Shown here: one piece after another, positions 1 through 9,028 of the stretch | Position numbering within the stretch: the stretch's first letter is position 1 | Layout of the letters: each line of letters begins with the position of its first letter | Origin: Kiritimatiellia bacterium | Lineage (GTDB): Bacteria > Verrucomicrobiota > Kiritimatiellia > JAAZAB01 | Assembly: GCA_040767085.1 (NCBI GenBank) | Contig: JAXGPF010000012.1 | Location: 136,646 to 200,645, forward strand | Direction: 5' to 3' | Length of the DNA stretch: 64,000 bases | Program-made: the position numbers and the translations under genes | Notes under the pieces: generated by a model | What the model was told of the DNA's origin: nothing | The model's input: the letters and a program-made list of their open reading frames with translations, nothing else | Databases searched by the model: none

Positions 1-1077
1 GGCATCGTCATCCGCCGGCGCCTTGTGGGTTACCGGGTGAATCTTGATGCCGGCGCATGCCGGGTCGGCCAGGGATGCGCGCACGCGTTCGAAATGCGCC
101 GCATCGCCGCGGGGATGGAATATTTCCAGGTAGCGAAACCGGTGCGGCGCATGCCGGCGCAGGCGGGCGGTGTAATCCCGGCAGGTGATATGGGGATCAA
201 ACAAGGCCTCGCCGGGGATGAGATACAATTGCTCGAAAGCGATGGCATCCATGCGCTCAATCCAATCCGCGGGCGTGAAATTCACGTCCGGCGTCGGCAT
301 GTTATATACATCCGGCGCACCGGGCTGGAGGTTGTGCGCATGGGCGTCAATGATGAAGGGCGGCGGCGCCTGGAATTCAATCGCGGACGGATGCGTTTCC
401 GGCAGCCCAAGCAGCCGGCGCAGGTTGTTGCCCGCAATGGCGCATTTGGTCTGCCAGTCGAATTCGCCCATGATGACCGGCGCCATGGCGGCGTCAGCGG
501 AAAACAGGGGCAGATGCGAACCGTACAGCAATTTGCCGCCTAGCCCCATGGCGATCAATTCTTCGTGGCCGCGCCAATTGCAGAAATTATAGGTGCATAG
601 ATAAACATTAGGACAGGCGCGCAGAATTTGTTTTACGGCCGTGTAATGGTAAATCAGTTTGCGGGGGCCGGACTCTATGATGATCTTGAGGGACGGGCGC
701 GCCTGGGCCAGGCTTTGGATTGCGGCGAAATCCAGGTCGGTATGCAGGATCGCCAGGGGCATGCCGGCCTGCGCCATGCGGTCAAAAAGCGCGCCGCAGG
801 TCTCCGGCCGGAAGGCGCGCGGTGCCAGGCGCAGCAGCCGGACGCCATCCGCGTCCCGCAGGCGGGGGAGGCTGGCGGCAAGTTGCGGGTCAGCCGGGGC
901 TGCCTTGGCAAAATCGGTCTGAATGGGTGCGGCCTGTGTCGGAAAAGCGGCGGGCTCCGCCGGCCAGACCGACGCATCCAGCCAGGGCAGGGCATTTTTG
1001 ACTTTTTGATAGGACTGGCGGAGCGCGGCGAGGCGGGCCGGAATATCCGCGCCGGCGGTTTCGGTATTGGATTGCAT
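1..1077 (-). CDS. Amidohydrolase-superfamily protein, apparently two tandem domains; 3' end lies outside the window
   Basis: Absent from the ORF track because it has no stop in the window. Manual translation from ATG 1077 (MQSNTETAG...) is open to position 1 and contains LLYGSHLP...IAGNNLRRLLG (typical amidohydrolase C-terminus), then FIIDAHAH (metal-binding HxH start) and GIKIHP. Confidence 0.75.
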   Translation of the reverse strand, partial: MQSNTETAGADIPARLAALRQSYQKVKNALPWLDASVWPAEPAAFPTQAAPIQTDFAKAAPADPQLAASLPRLRDADGVRLLRLAPRAFRPETCGALFDRMAQAGMPLAILHTDLDFAAIQSLAQARPSLKIIIESGPRKLIYHYTAVKQILRACPNVYLCTYNFCNWRGHEELIAMGLGGKLLYGSHLPLFSADAAMAPVIMGEFDWQTKCAIAGNNLRRLLGLPETHPSAIEFQAPPPFIIDAHAHNLQPGAPDVYNMPTPDVNFTPADWIERMDAIAFEQLYLIPGEALFDPHITCRDYTARLRRHAPHRFRYLEIFHPRGDAAHFERVRASLADPACAGIKIHPVTHKAPADDDA

Positions 1078-1145
1078 GCGGGAAGGCCCTTTCGTTGAAA
1101 GAGGGTTCACACGGAGTGGAGAGAATCCAGAATAAAGAAATTTAT

Positions 1146-1251
1146 CACACAAAGGCGCGAAGCCACGAAGTAAGAATAAACGAGAAAACATGACTGTGTT
1201 ATTCCGTGATATTTAAACCGTTGCTCCTTTGTGGCTTTGCCCCTTTTTGTG
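1146..1251. repeat. Imperfect 25-bp inverted repeat around an AT-rich spacer
   Basis: cacacaaaggcgcgaagccacgaag (1146-1170) pairs with ctttgtggctttgcccctttttgtg (1227-1251) at 21/25 Watson-Crick positions plus two G.U. Confidence 0.7.
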
Positions 1252-1301
1252 TTTCACATAACCTTTCGCTCCTGCCACGCAAGGTGGCAGGGGGCGGCTT
1301 T
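1239..1301. repeat. Dispersed ~63-bp repeat, copy A, with hairpin CCTGCCAC-gcaag-GTGGCAGG
   Basis: Aligns to 26196-26257 with about 10 mismatches and 1 gap. Confidence 0.8.
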
Positions 1302-1306
1302 CAAAA

Positions 1307-2737
1307 TTAACTCATAAGAAAACATGCCAAGCCCTGCAAATGCGCCAGTTTTTGCACCCGCGCGCTATGGCGCCCGGGGAGCGCGATCAGGTGGTGCGGT
1401 CCGCCCGCCAGGCTGTAGCGGTTGAGGAAGGCCCCGGCCGGCTCATCGAGCTGCACCATCCAGTGGGGAATATCCAATCCCGGCAAGGGCTCAATATCGG
1501 CGACTTGCGTTTCATAGGTCACGTACTGCAGGACGTTCCCCGGGCCGGCAGTCAGGGCGGTCAGCGTCACCGGGCCGGGTTCCAGCGTGAACCACATGCC
1601 GGCGTAAGGCTGGATGCCGGGCGCCCAGAAATCTTTTTTCACCAGCCGGATTTTGCGGTCGCGGCGCGCCAGGGCGGGATTGCATTCCTGCATATGGGTC
1701 ATCAGCAGGCGGTTGCGCCGGTAATCAATGGTGTAGATTTCGGTGAAATTCGCCGCGCCGGCCAGCGTCCGCAGCAGCGCCATCTGCGCGGCGCGCAGCA
1801 CATCGCCTTCGCCGGCGTAGCCCAGCCCTTCGGCGATCAGTTTATTGATGCCGGTGAACGGCAGCGTTCCGATGCCGGGCTGGTCAAGCAAATCCAGGAA
1901 ATTCATCGTGAAGGCGTCCAGGCGATGATCGGCGACCACCCGGCGCAAGGCGGCTTCCAGCCGGGCGGAAAGGCGGTGGATCGGCGGGATGACTTCGGGG
2001 GCAATTTCAAAGCGATCATGGTCGCGGGCGATCATCCGGTCAATCTCCGGTTCGGGAACGGCATTTTTCACGGCGATAAAGTCCGGGATGGACAGCGGCA
2101 CAACCTGGAAGCCCAGAATTTTTTCCAACGCCGCGGCATCATACTGAAAATCATCCATCCCGGCAAACGGGCGACCCAGCAGCCCGACGCGCCTGATGCG
2201 CCCGTGTTGGCAGGCGCGGGCAGCCTGCAGCCATTCCGCCAGCCGCGCCAGCGCCGCCTGGTCGCGATAATGGCCGGACTCCATCCCGAAGATTTTGCCG
2301 TCGCGCAGGAGCACGCTGGTCAGGTCCTGGGTGCCCTGGGTGACGTGGTTCATCAGGAGATCGTCAAAATCGTAGGATGCGGCGATGGTTTCCGCTTCCT
2401 GGGTATTCCAGATGATCAGCGGCAGGCTGGTACGCCGCAGAATGGGCGCGATCACGCCGCTGCAGGCGTATGATAGCGGAATCAGCAGGATGGCATCGGC
2501 CTGGTTTTTCTCCGCGGCGGCGACTTGCGCCTCCGCCTGGTCTGCTGTGAAGCACAAATCGGCGGATACGCAGGCGATGCCGGCGTGTTCCTGGATGGCG
2601 GAGCAGAACCGGCCGAGTTGCGCGCGCAGCCGATCCATGTAGCCCGGAAATTTCCGGCTGTAAAGTTCCAGCGTGAATCCGATAACCGCCGCTTTGGGCG
2701 GGAGCGCGGGGTTGAGAGTTGACGGTGTGGTGTTCAT
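1307..2737 (-). CDS. L-arabinose/L-fucose isomerase family protein (AraA-like), 476 aa
   Basis: Motifs GLGYAGEGD, THMQECNP and AGGPHH parallel AraA GYGFGAEGD, HMLEVCP and AGGAHH. Substrate not certain. Confidence 0.8.
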   Translation of the reverse strand: MNTTPSTLNPALPPKAAVIGFTLELYSRKFPGYMDRLRAQLGRFCSAIQEHAGIACVSADLCFTADQAEAQVAAAEKNQADAILLIPLSYACSGVIAPILRRTSLPLIIWNTQEAETIAASYDFDDLLMNHVTQGTQDLTSVLLRDGKIFGMESGHYRDQAALARLAEWLQAARACQHGRIRRVGLLGRPFAGMDDFQYDAAALEKILGFQVVPLSIPDFIAVKNAVPEPEIDRMIARDHDRFEIAPEVIPPIHRLSARLEAALRRVVADHRLDAFTMNFLDLLDQPGIGTLPFTGINKLIAEGLGYAGEGDVLRAAQMALLRTLAGAANFTEIYTIDYRRNRLLMTHMQECNPALARRDRKIRLVKKDFWAPGIQPYAGMWFTLEPGPVTLTALTAGPGNVLQYVTYETQVADIEPLPGLDIPHWMVQLDEPAGAFLNRYSLAGGPHHLIALPGRHSARVQKLAHLQGLACFLMS

Positions 2738-2794
2738 TTAACCTTTATACCAGACCTGAAATTAAAAATCCATGCGAAAGCCTGGCGTAGGCAC

Positions 2795-2975
2795 GGCTGC
2801 TTCATTCTCGGCGGCTCGCTCCCGCGCCAGCCGGGACAAGCCGGAGGTTTACCCCGCTTTGAGCGGGGTCTCGCCCCACCCGGGGAATCTGCTGAAGGTA
2901 GGGCGAGGTCTCCCTGCGGGCTGCGCTATGCAGGGCAAGCCGTACCGAGCCGTCTGTTCTGAGAATGACGCAGCC
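2795..2975. repeat. REP-doublet-like palindromic element with three nested hairpin inserts
   Basis: Outer inverted repeat ggctgcttcattctc (2795-2809) / gagaatgacgcagcc (2961-2975), 14/15. Inner REP-like units at 2812-2880 (reverse) and 2897-2952 (ggtagggcgagg...cgagccg). Confidence 0.75.
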
Positions 2976-3026
2976 CTGCTGGTGCAGGCGGACGTGCCGC
3001 AATCCGGATGCGCGCCATCAGCGGAT

Positions 3027-3926
3027 TTATCGTAGACGTGTCGCGCCGGAGCCTGGCGCAGGCGGACGGTGGCCGGCGCGGAGATCAGCTTGGGGTTGGC
3101 GGACCAGAAACTCGGTGGGCGCGCAGCCAAAATGCCGGTGGAAGACCTTGGAAAAATAGTGCGGGTCGTCGAATCCCACGGCGTAGGCTGCCTCGGCCAC
3201 GGTCTGGCGCCCGTCGGTCAGCCGCATTTTCGCTTTTTGCATGCGCACTTCCGTCAGGAAGGCAAAGAGGGTGAATTTGGTCTCCTGCCGGAACACGCGG
3301 GAGAGGTAATACGGGCTGACTTTCAACGCGGCCGCAATGGCGTCCAGGGAAAGATGCTCGGCATAGTGCCGGCCGATATAATTCTTGGCCTGTTCCAGCA
3401 GCAGATGCTGGCGGGTGGGCTGGCTGCCGGTGCGGGCGGAATCCGGGATGGGGTTATGATTTTGCTGGCGATAAATCAGCATGAGCAGGGTCATGAGACG
3501 CGCGCCCGCGATGGCGCGGTCAACCAGCAGGTTGTCCGAGGCGTCCGTGCGCAAGTCTTCGAGCAGGCGCCGGAGGCTGTGTTCGCGCAGGGGGATGAGG
3601 ATGGGGCGCAGCGGGCGGCGGAACGCCTTGAAAAAAGCGCGTTCGTGTTCCCATTCCATGCTGCAGAAGAATACCTCGATATCGTCGCGCGCGTTGATGG
3701 CGTCGCGGTGCTTGACACTGGAAGGGATCAGCACCAGGTCGCCGTCCTGGGCGGCCAGTTCCGCGCGCGCGGAACAGACGGTGATGCGGCCGCGCAGGAC
3801 ATGCAGGATTTCAAACCCGTTGGGATTGTGGACGCGCTGGCTCCAGACCGGATCGAACATCATCCGCCCGATGATTTTCACCCGCGGGAGACTGGTCCAG
3901 GCCCTGGAAGTATCCTGAGTTTGCAT
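3027..3926 (-). CDS. AraC-family transcriptional regulator with N-terminal cupin domain, 299 aa
   Basis: LSLDAIAAALKVSPYYLSRVF and VAEAAYAVGFDDPHYFSKVFHRHFGCAPTEF double HTH; cupin-like EILHVLRG...GDLVLIP...H. Confidence 0.95.
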   Translation of the reverse strand: MQTQDTSRAWTSLPRVKIIGRMMFDPVWSQRVHNPNGFEILHVLRGRITVCSARAELAAQDGDLVLIPSSVKHRDAINARDDIEVFFCSMEWEHERAFFKAFRRPLRPILIPLREHSLRRLLEDLRTDASDNLLVDRAIAGARLMTLLMLIYRQQNHNPIPDSARTGSQPTRQHLLLEQAKNYIGRHYAEHLSLDAIAAALKVSPYYLSRVFRQETKFTLFAFLTEVRMQKAKMRLTDGRQTVAEAAYAVGFDDPHYFSKVFHRHFGCAPTEFLVRQPQADLRAGHRPPAPGSGATRLR

Positions 3927-3939
3927 AGTGTAGCATGGT

Positions 3940-4002
3940 GCAATAAATTACACCAAAACGCAATATTTTTCAGTTGGCAAGCGCGCGGCGAAGGAGCATA
4001 TT
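3940..4002 (+). promoter_or_regulatory. Putative sigma70-like promoter with upstream direct repeats (candidate AraC sites)
   Basis: GCAATA at 3940 and 3960; TTGGCA (3974-3979), 17-bp spacer, CATATT (3997-4002). Layout conserved in the copy at 12367-12429. Confidence 0.55.
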
Positions 4003-4051
4003 AAGCTTGAAAGAATGTTTTGCGCATTGCGCCTGAACAGGGAGCGCGGGT

Positions 4052-6331
4052 ATGATTCTGAAAAAACCGGCTGGTATATTTGCGGGTATGATGACGGCCA
4101 TGTCCGTTATGGCGGAGGCGGCGTGCATGGACAACCTTATGGCGGATGAACGGGCGCTGCCGTTTTACACCGGTGAAATCCAACCCGTTCCACAGCAAGC
4201 CGTGTACCAGGATGTCTTCATGCCCTTGACGCGCTGTTGCCTGCTGCTGGGCGACGGGCTGGAAGCATCTGACCAGCGCGTAAACTTGCTGGCCGAGCGC
4301 ATCCGCCGTTATGGCGGCCGCGTTGAGATCGTCGCGACGCCGGAGGCGCCCGGCGATGTGCTCTTCCTGATCGGCTCCACCGGGCGGCATGCGGAACTGT
4401 TGGCAGGGCGGGTCGTTCCCGCCCGCCCGGAAGGCTACTTGATTCACGCCGCCAAATCCGCGCAGCGGCATGTTATCTTTCTGCAGGGTCATGATTTTCA
4501 CGGGTTGCTGTGGGCCATCACGGCTTTTAACCAACTGGTGACAGTCCGCGAGAATCAGCCCGTGGCGCGCGGGGCAACCATCCTGGATTACCCCGATGCC
4601 CCCGGTCGGCGCGCTTATACGCCTTTCCAGGACGACGACGATGCGACTATGGCCTGGTTTGGCGTGAATGTTGTGCGGGCGAATTTCATCCAGTACCGGC
4701 AGGTGCGGATGCTCTACCGGCAGATGCCGCAACCGTGGGCCAAGGTTGACTGGCGGATGCCGTTGAGAGACGAAAAGGTGTTCCAGGGATGGGAGTCGCG
4801 CATCCGTAAAATTGGCGCTTATCTGAATCCTTTGCGGATTGCCTGGTGCGATGCTATGCAGCCGCTGAGTTCCGTGCGGACGGAAGACCTGGTGCGTTCC
4901 AAATCCGAGGAAGATATCCATTTGGCCGCCAAGGTCGGCTTGTCGCTGGCGGCTGCCGGCGGACATCTGATGATCATGTACGATGACTTCCGCTTTCCCA
5001 TTCATCCCGATGACGTGCGCGATTTCAAGTTTGCGCGCGCCGCGGACGTTTATTTTTTAAACCGGGTTTATGAGGCGGTTGCCGTCAAATACCCGGAATT
5101 CAAAATTTATTTTTGTCCGCCGTTCTATTGGGGCGGCGGAGAAAAAGACGACACCGCCACCTACGGCGAGTCCCGCGACGAATATCTCAAGGCCATCGGC
5201 GCGGGGCTGCCGCCGGCGATTGAAATATTCTGGACCGGTTCGCGCGTCAAATCCAATGTGGTGACCCGGGAGCAGGTAGCTTGGATTACGGGTTTGATCA
5301 AACGCAAGCCGGTGTTCTGGCAGAATGCCTGCGGCACTTTTCGCGGTGGCAGCCCGTACTATGCCTATCCCGGCCTGGATCCCATGCGGGCCTGGAAGGA
5401 TTGGTATTATGACGGTTTTTACAATGACTTGCAGTATTATGCCTACAATGGCGAATATGCTTATATCACCATGACTTTGCACGATGCCATGTGGAATACG
5501 CAGGCTTATGATCCGGCGGCATCGGGTGTGATGGCGGCCAAAAAACTGACGGGGCCGGACAATTATCAGAAGCTATTGGAGTTGTACGGCCAATTGGAAA
5601 AACTTGATCAGTACGGCTGGTTGACTCCCACGGCCCTGGCCGCCAGAAATATCGGGGAAGTCCGCGCGCACACCGCCCGCCTGGTTGAATTGTACGAAGC
5701 CGCCCCGCCGGTTTTGAAGAGCCGCTGGATGCAATTGCCGGAGTTTGTCCAATGGAAGCAAAGTTACCTGGTAAAATTGATGAAAAACCCGCAGTTGGAA
5801 AAACTGGCGGAAGTTGACAGGCTGGTGCGGGAATTGGCGATTAAGGAAACCGGCCTGCAGCCGGATGCGCCGGGTTTGATCTTGACGCCTAACGACTTTC
5901 AAGCCGGCCGACAGCCGCAATACTACGCCTGGCGGGATGCCGGCCGCAGGCATGTCATCTGGATCAACGGCGCGCGCTCGGCGGCGCCGGACATGGCAGC
6001 AGTTTTTCAGTTGCCCTATGCGCTTGCCGGAGGCTCATCGCTGGCGATCGCGGGGTTGGACCATAATGCCGCGCCGCCATGCCGCATAAGAATTCTGATG
6101 AATGGCAACCAGGTGTTTGCAGGCGCGAATCCTTTCAGGTCCGATCGATGGACGGTGCAAACTTTTGAAGTCAAGGGAGCCTATCTGCGGGATGGCGCGC
6201 CCAACACCCTCAAAATCGAAAACCTGGAAGACGCCGACAGTATGACCAGCGCGCCCTGGTTTATGCTGAACTACGCGGTATTGCGTCCGGCAGGTTCCGC
6301 GGTGGGCATCGCCGCGGAGGAAGGGCGTTGA
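4052..6331 (+). CDS. Secreted GH84-like (beta-N-acetylglucosaminidase-type) glycoside hydrolase with GH20-domain-2-like N-terminus and C-terminal beta-sandwich, 759 aa
   Basis: Signal peptide; PVPQQ...PEGYLI...DYPD; catalytic-type MYDDFRF, FCPPFYWG, YLKAIGAGLPPAIEIFWTG, RKPVFWQN. Confidence 0.75.
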   Translation: MILKKPAGIFAGMMTAMSVMAEAACMDNLMADERALPFYTGEIQPVPQQAVYQDVFMPLTRCCLLLGDGLEASDQRVNLLAERIRRYGGRVEIVATPEAPGDVLFLIGSTGRHAELLAGRVVPARPEGYLIHAAKSAQRHVIFLQGHDFHGLLWAITAFNQLVTVRENQPVARGATILDYPDAPGRRAYTPFQDDDDATMAWFGVNVVRANFIQYRQVRMLYRQMPQPWAKVDWRMPLRDEKVFQGWESRIRKIGAYLNPLRIAWCDAMQPLSSVRTEDLVRSKSEEDIHLAAKVGLSLAAAGGHLMIMYDDFRFPIHPDDVRDFKFARAADVYFLNRVYEAVAVKYPEFKIYFCPPFYWGGGEKDDTATYGESRDEYLKAIGAGLPPAIEIFWTGSRVKSNVVTREQVAWITGLIKRKPVFWQNACGTFRGGSPYYAYPGLDPMRAWKDWYYDGFYNDLQYYAYNGEYAYITMTLHDAMWNTQAYDPAASGVMAAKKLTGPDNYQKLLELYGQLEKLDQYGWLTPTALAARNIGEVRAHTARLVELYEAAPPVLKSRWMQLPEFVQWKQSYLVKLMKNPQLEKLAEVDRLVRELAIKETGLQPDAPGLILTPNDFQAGRQPQYYAWRDAGRRHVIWINGARSAAPDMAAVFQLPYALAGGSSLAIAGLDHNAAPPCRIRILMNGNQVFAGANPFRSDRWTVQTFEVKGAYLRDGAPNTLKIENLEDADSMTSAPWFMLNYAVLRPAGSAVGIAAEEGR

Positions 6332-6376
6332 TGTGTCCGGCTCGCTGCCGGAGTTGATCCTGTCGTCAAAGTCCGG

Positions 6377-7573
6377 GTGAAAATCATTTTCAAATATTTG
6401 CATGGATTAATTGCAGCTGTCCTGGCCGCGCCGCTGCTTGACGCGGGCGCGCAGCCGTCCGGGGCAATGCGCCTGATGCCCGATTTCCCGGAAATGCTCT
6501 GGCTGGCCGCCGGCGATTTGAATGGCGATGGCCGCATGGACCTGGCGGCGGTGGAACGCCGGACCCGGCGCGCGCGGGAAATGGATAAAACAGTTTACCA
6601 CATTGATCATATATTAAACTTGTATGACAATCCCGGCGGCGAGTTTATCCATCAGCCGGCAATATCCCTGGATTTGCCGGTTGCGCCTTCCGGTTTACTG
6701 ATTGGCGATTATGATCGCGACGGCAAAAGCGATGTGGCGGTCGGATTGCGGCCGCGCCGCGAGCTTTTGATTTATCCCGGTGCGGCGGGGTTGACCAATG
6801 CGCAGGTTTTGCATTATGGCAATGATTCAGGCGGAGCGTCGCTGGCCGCCGGCCGTATTTCGCCCGGAGGCGCGGATTTTATGACCGGCGCCGCCTGGCG
6901 CAAGTGGCATGACGGCGCGCGGCTCGATGCCGGCTATTTCAGCGGTCCGGAAGAAAATGACAACCTTATCTCAACGCTGGCCGATTTGAATTGGGATGGA
7001 TGGGACGATGTGATTTTTACCACCCGCAATCACTGCGTCCGCATATACTACGGGCCGATTATGCGCATGGGCATCCTGGGGGTAAATGACGCGTTTGGAG
7101 TAGTAACCCTGAAGCCGCCGCTGCATACGAATGCGCCCCAGCCGGTTTTACGGCAGGTTATAACCGCCGATGTCAATGGCGACGGCCAGCTTGATTTGCT
7201 GGCGGGCGCGCCCGGGCGCACGCTGGTTTGGCTGCAAAACAATCCGATTGGATTTACGGAAAATGCCGAGCCCGCCCTGGTGATGGAAGGTTTGGTGGCT
7301 TTACTGGCGGTGGATTTGTCCAGGCAGGGGCATTTGGATGTGGTTTTCCGGTCGGAGGATGCCCGGGAACTGACGGTATGGCGGCAGGATCAAGACGCAC
7401 CGTTAACGTCCGGCGGCGCGGCGTCCGGCGCAAAGTATGCGATGCCGCGGGCCATCAACGCGGTAGCGGCAGGTGATTTCAATGGCGATGGCGCGCCGGA
7501 ACTGCTGGCGGGGCTGGCCGGCGGCGGCCTGGCTGTTATGGATTTGCGGCGGAAAGCCGCGCCTGGAGAATAA
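6377..7573 (+). CDS. Secreted FG-GAP/VCBS repeat protein, 398 aa
   Basis: Repeated GDLNGDGRMDL, GDYDRDGKSDV, ADLNWDGWDD, ADVNGDGQLDL, GDFNGDGAPEL; signal peptide. Confidence 0.9.
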   Translation: MKIIFKYLHGLIAAVLAAPLLDAGAQPSGAMRLMPDFPEMLWLAAGDLNGDGRMDLAAVERRTRRAREMDKTVYHIDHILNLYDNPGGEFIHQPAISLDLPVAPSGLLIGDYDRDGKSDVAVGLRPRRELLIYPGAAGLTNAQVLHYGNDSGGASLAAGRISPGGADFMTGAAWRKWHDGARLDAGYFSGPEENDNLISTLADLNWDGWDDVIFTTRNHCVRIYYGPIMRMGILGVNDAFGVVTLKPPLHTNAPQPVLRQVITADVNGDGQLDLLAGAPGRTLVWLQNNPIGFTENAEPALVMEGLVALLAVDLSRQGHLDVVFRSEDARELTVWRQDQDAPLTSGGAASGAKYAMPRAINAVAAGDFNGDGAPELLAGLAGGGLAVMDLRRKAAPGE

Positions 7574-7577
7574 AAAC

Positions 7578-9005
7578 ATGCCGAAAGAAGATATTGCGGG
7601 ACTGGTGCGCCATTGGCGGTATACGCCGGATGACAGATATCTTGCCAACCCGCATCGCGGTTGTTGCACTTTTCAACGTTTTAACGGCGATCCGCTGTAT
7701 GACGGCGCTGGCTGGACGGAAGCCGGACCGGTAAACGGCGCCTTGTCGCCGGCGGCCGGGGCCACGGGGGTGCCCGGGTATTTTGCTCCGGCGGTAACTC
7801 CGGGTTTTTTGCCGACAACCGTGGCGTATTGCCGCTGGTTTTGGGAAAAATTGGAACCAAGCGAAGGTGTGTATGACTTTTCCATGATTGACAAAGCCCT
7901 GGATGCCTGCCGGCAGCGTGGTCAGACGTTGGCGTTGCGCCTGATGCCGTTCGGGGCGGCCTACGTCGGCCAGGCCGGACTCCCGGACTGGTATATAAAA
8001 AAATATCCAACGCAAAAATGGCACGCTACGGACATGTTGGCGCCCGTTTACGATGCCCCCGGATATTTTGAGCGGTTCGGCGGATTGATCGCCGAATTTG
8101 CGCGGCGCTATGACGCGCATCCGCTGCTGGAGACGGTGGACGTGGCGTTTCTCGGTCCGTGGGGGGAAGGCGACGGCGTTTGTTCGCAGGCGCGCGTAGA
8201 CCAGTTCGCCGAACTTTACCGGCGCGCATTCCAACATACTCCGCGCCTGGCATTAATCGGAGGAGGAGGCGGCGCCGCCGGCCAGGGCGACCAGTTGCGC
8301 GCCGGCATTGCGCATGGCAGCGGCTGGCGCGCGGATTGCTTCGGCGACCTGCGGCAGAAGCATAACCATCCCGCCCCGCTGCATATGATTTGGAATCACA
8401 TGTACAATTTATACCCCAAAAGGATTTGCGAGGTCGGCGCGCAGGACGCCTGGAAGACGGCGCCGGTCCATTTCGAGGTCTGCGAAGTGCCCATGGATTG
8501 GTATCGGCAGGAGTTTGACATTGATTTCATCATCGAGCAGGGATGGAAATATCATACCACTTATTTCATGCCGAAATCATCGCCGCTGCCGGAAGCATGG
8601 ATGGACAAGCTGGCTGCTTTTTGCAACAAGCTGGGATATCGCTTTGTCTTCCGCCAGGCCACTTTGAGCCGGCGCACGGCGCGCGGCGGGAAATTTGTGT
8701 TCCGCGCGTGGATTGAAAATACCGGCGCGGCGCCGCTGTATCGGCGATACGATTTCGCCTTGCGTTTGCAGCAAGGCGATGCGCAGGAAGTGATCGTCTT
8801 GGAAGATGTGAATCCCTGCCAATGGTTGCCGGGCGACATCTGGCTGGATCGTGAAATTGACTTGCCACGGTCTTTTCAATCCGGGTATATTGAACTGTCG
8901 GCCGGTCTGCTGGACAGGCGCACGCATCAGCCTGGTGTTAATTTCGCCGTCAGGGAAAGATTTGCGGACCGTTGGATGCTGCTGGGCGGAGTAGAGGTTG
9001 TCTGA
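7578..9005 (+). CDS. Glycoside-hydrolase-like TIM-barrel protein with DUF4832-type C-terminus, 475 aa
   Basis: LANPHRG, WEKLEPSEGVYDFSMID, FLGPWGEG, KLGYRF, WIENTGAAPLY, WLPG. Start moved to ATG 7578 (ggag upstream). Confidence 0.75.
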   Translation: MPKEDIAGLVRHWRYTPDDRYLANPHRGCCTFQRFNGDPLYDGAGWTEAGPVNGALSPAAGATGVPGYFAPAVTPGFLPTTVAYCRWFWEKLEPSEGVYDFSMIDKALDACRQRGQTLALRLMPFGAAYVGQAGLPDWYIKKYPTQKWHATDMLAPVYDAPGYFERFGGLIAEFARRYDAHPLLETVDVAFLGPWGEGDGVCSQARVDQFAELYRRAFQHTPRLALIGGGGGAAGQGDQLRAGIAHGSGWRADCFGDLRQKHNHPAPLHMIWNHMYNLYPKRICEVGAQDAWKTAPVHFEVCEVPMDWYRQEFDIDFIIEQGWKYHTTYFMPKSSPLPEAWMDKLAAFCNKLGYRFVFRQATLSRRTARGGKFVFRAWIENTGAAPLYRRYDFALRLQQGDAQEVIVLEDVNPCQWLPGDIWLDREIDLPRSFQSGYIELSAGLLDRRTHQPGVNFAVRERFADRWMLLGGVEVV

Positions 9006-9028
9006 TCTAATTTCAAGAGGGGGGGTAT

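Noticed and set aside
25-1098. + strand ORFs 25-543, 185-592 and 628-1098
   Set aside because: Antisense to the amidohydrolase frame at 1-1077.
2770-3070. Possible CRISPR array or tRNA in the hairpin-rich intergenic region
   Set aside because: No regular repeat-spacer periodicity, no cas genes and no cloverleaf; better explained as nested REP-like repeats.
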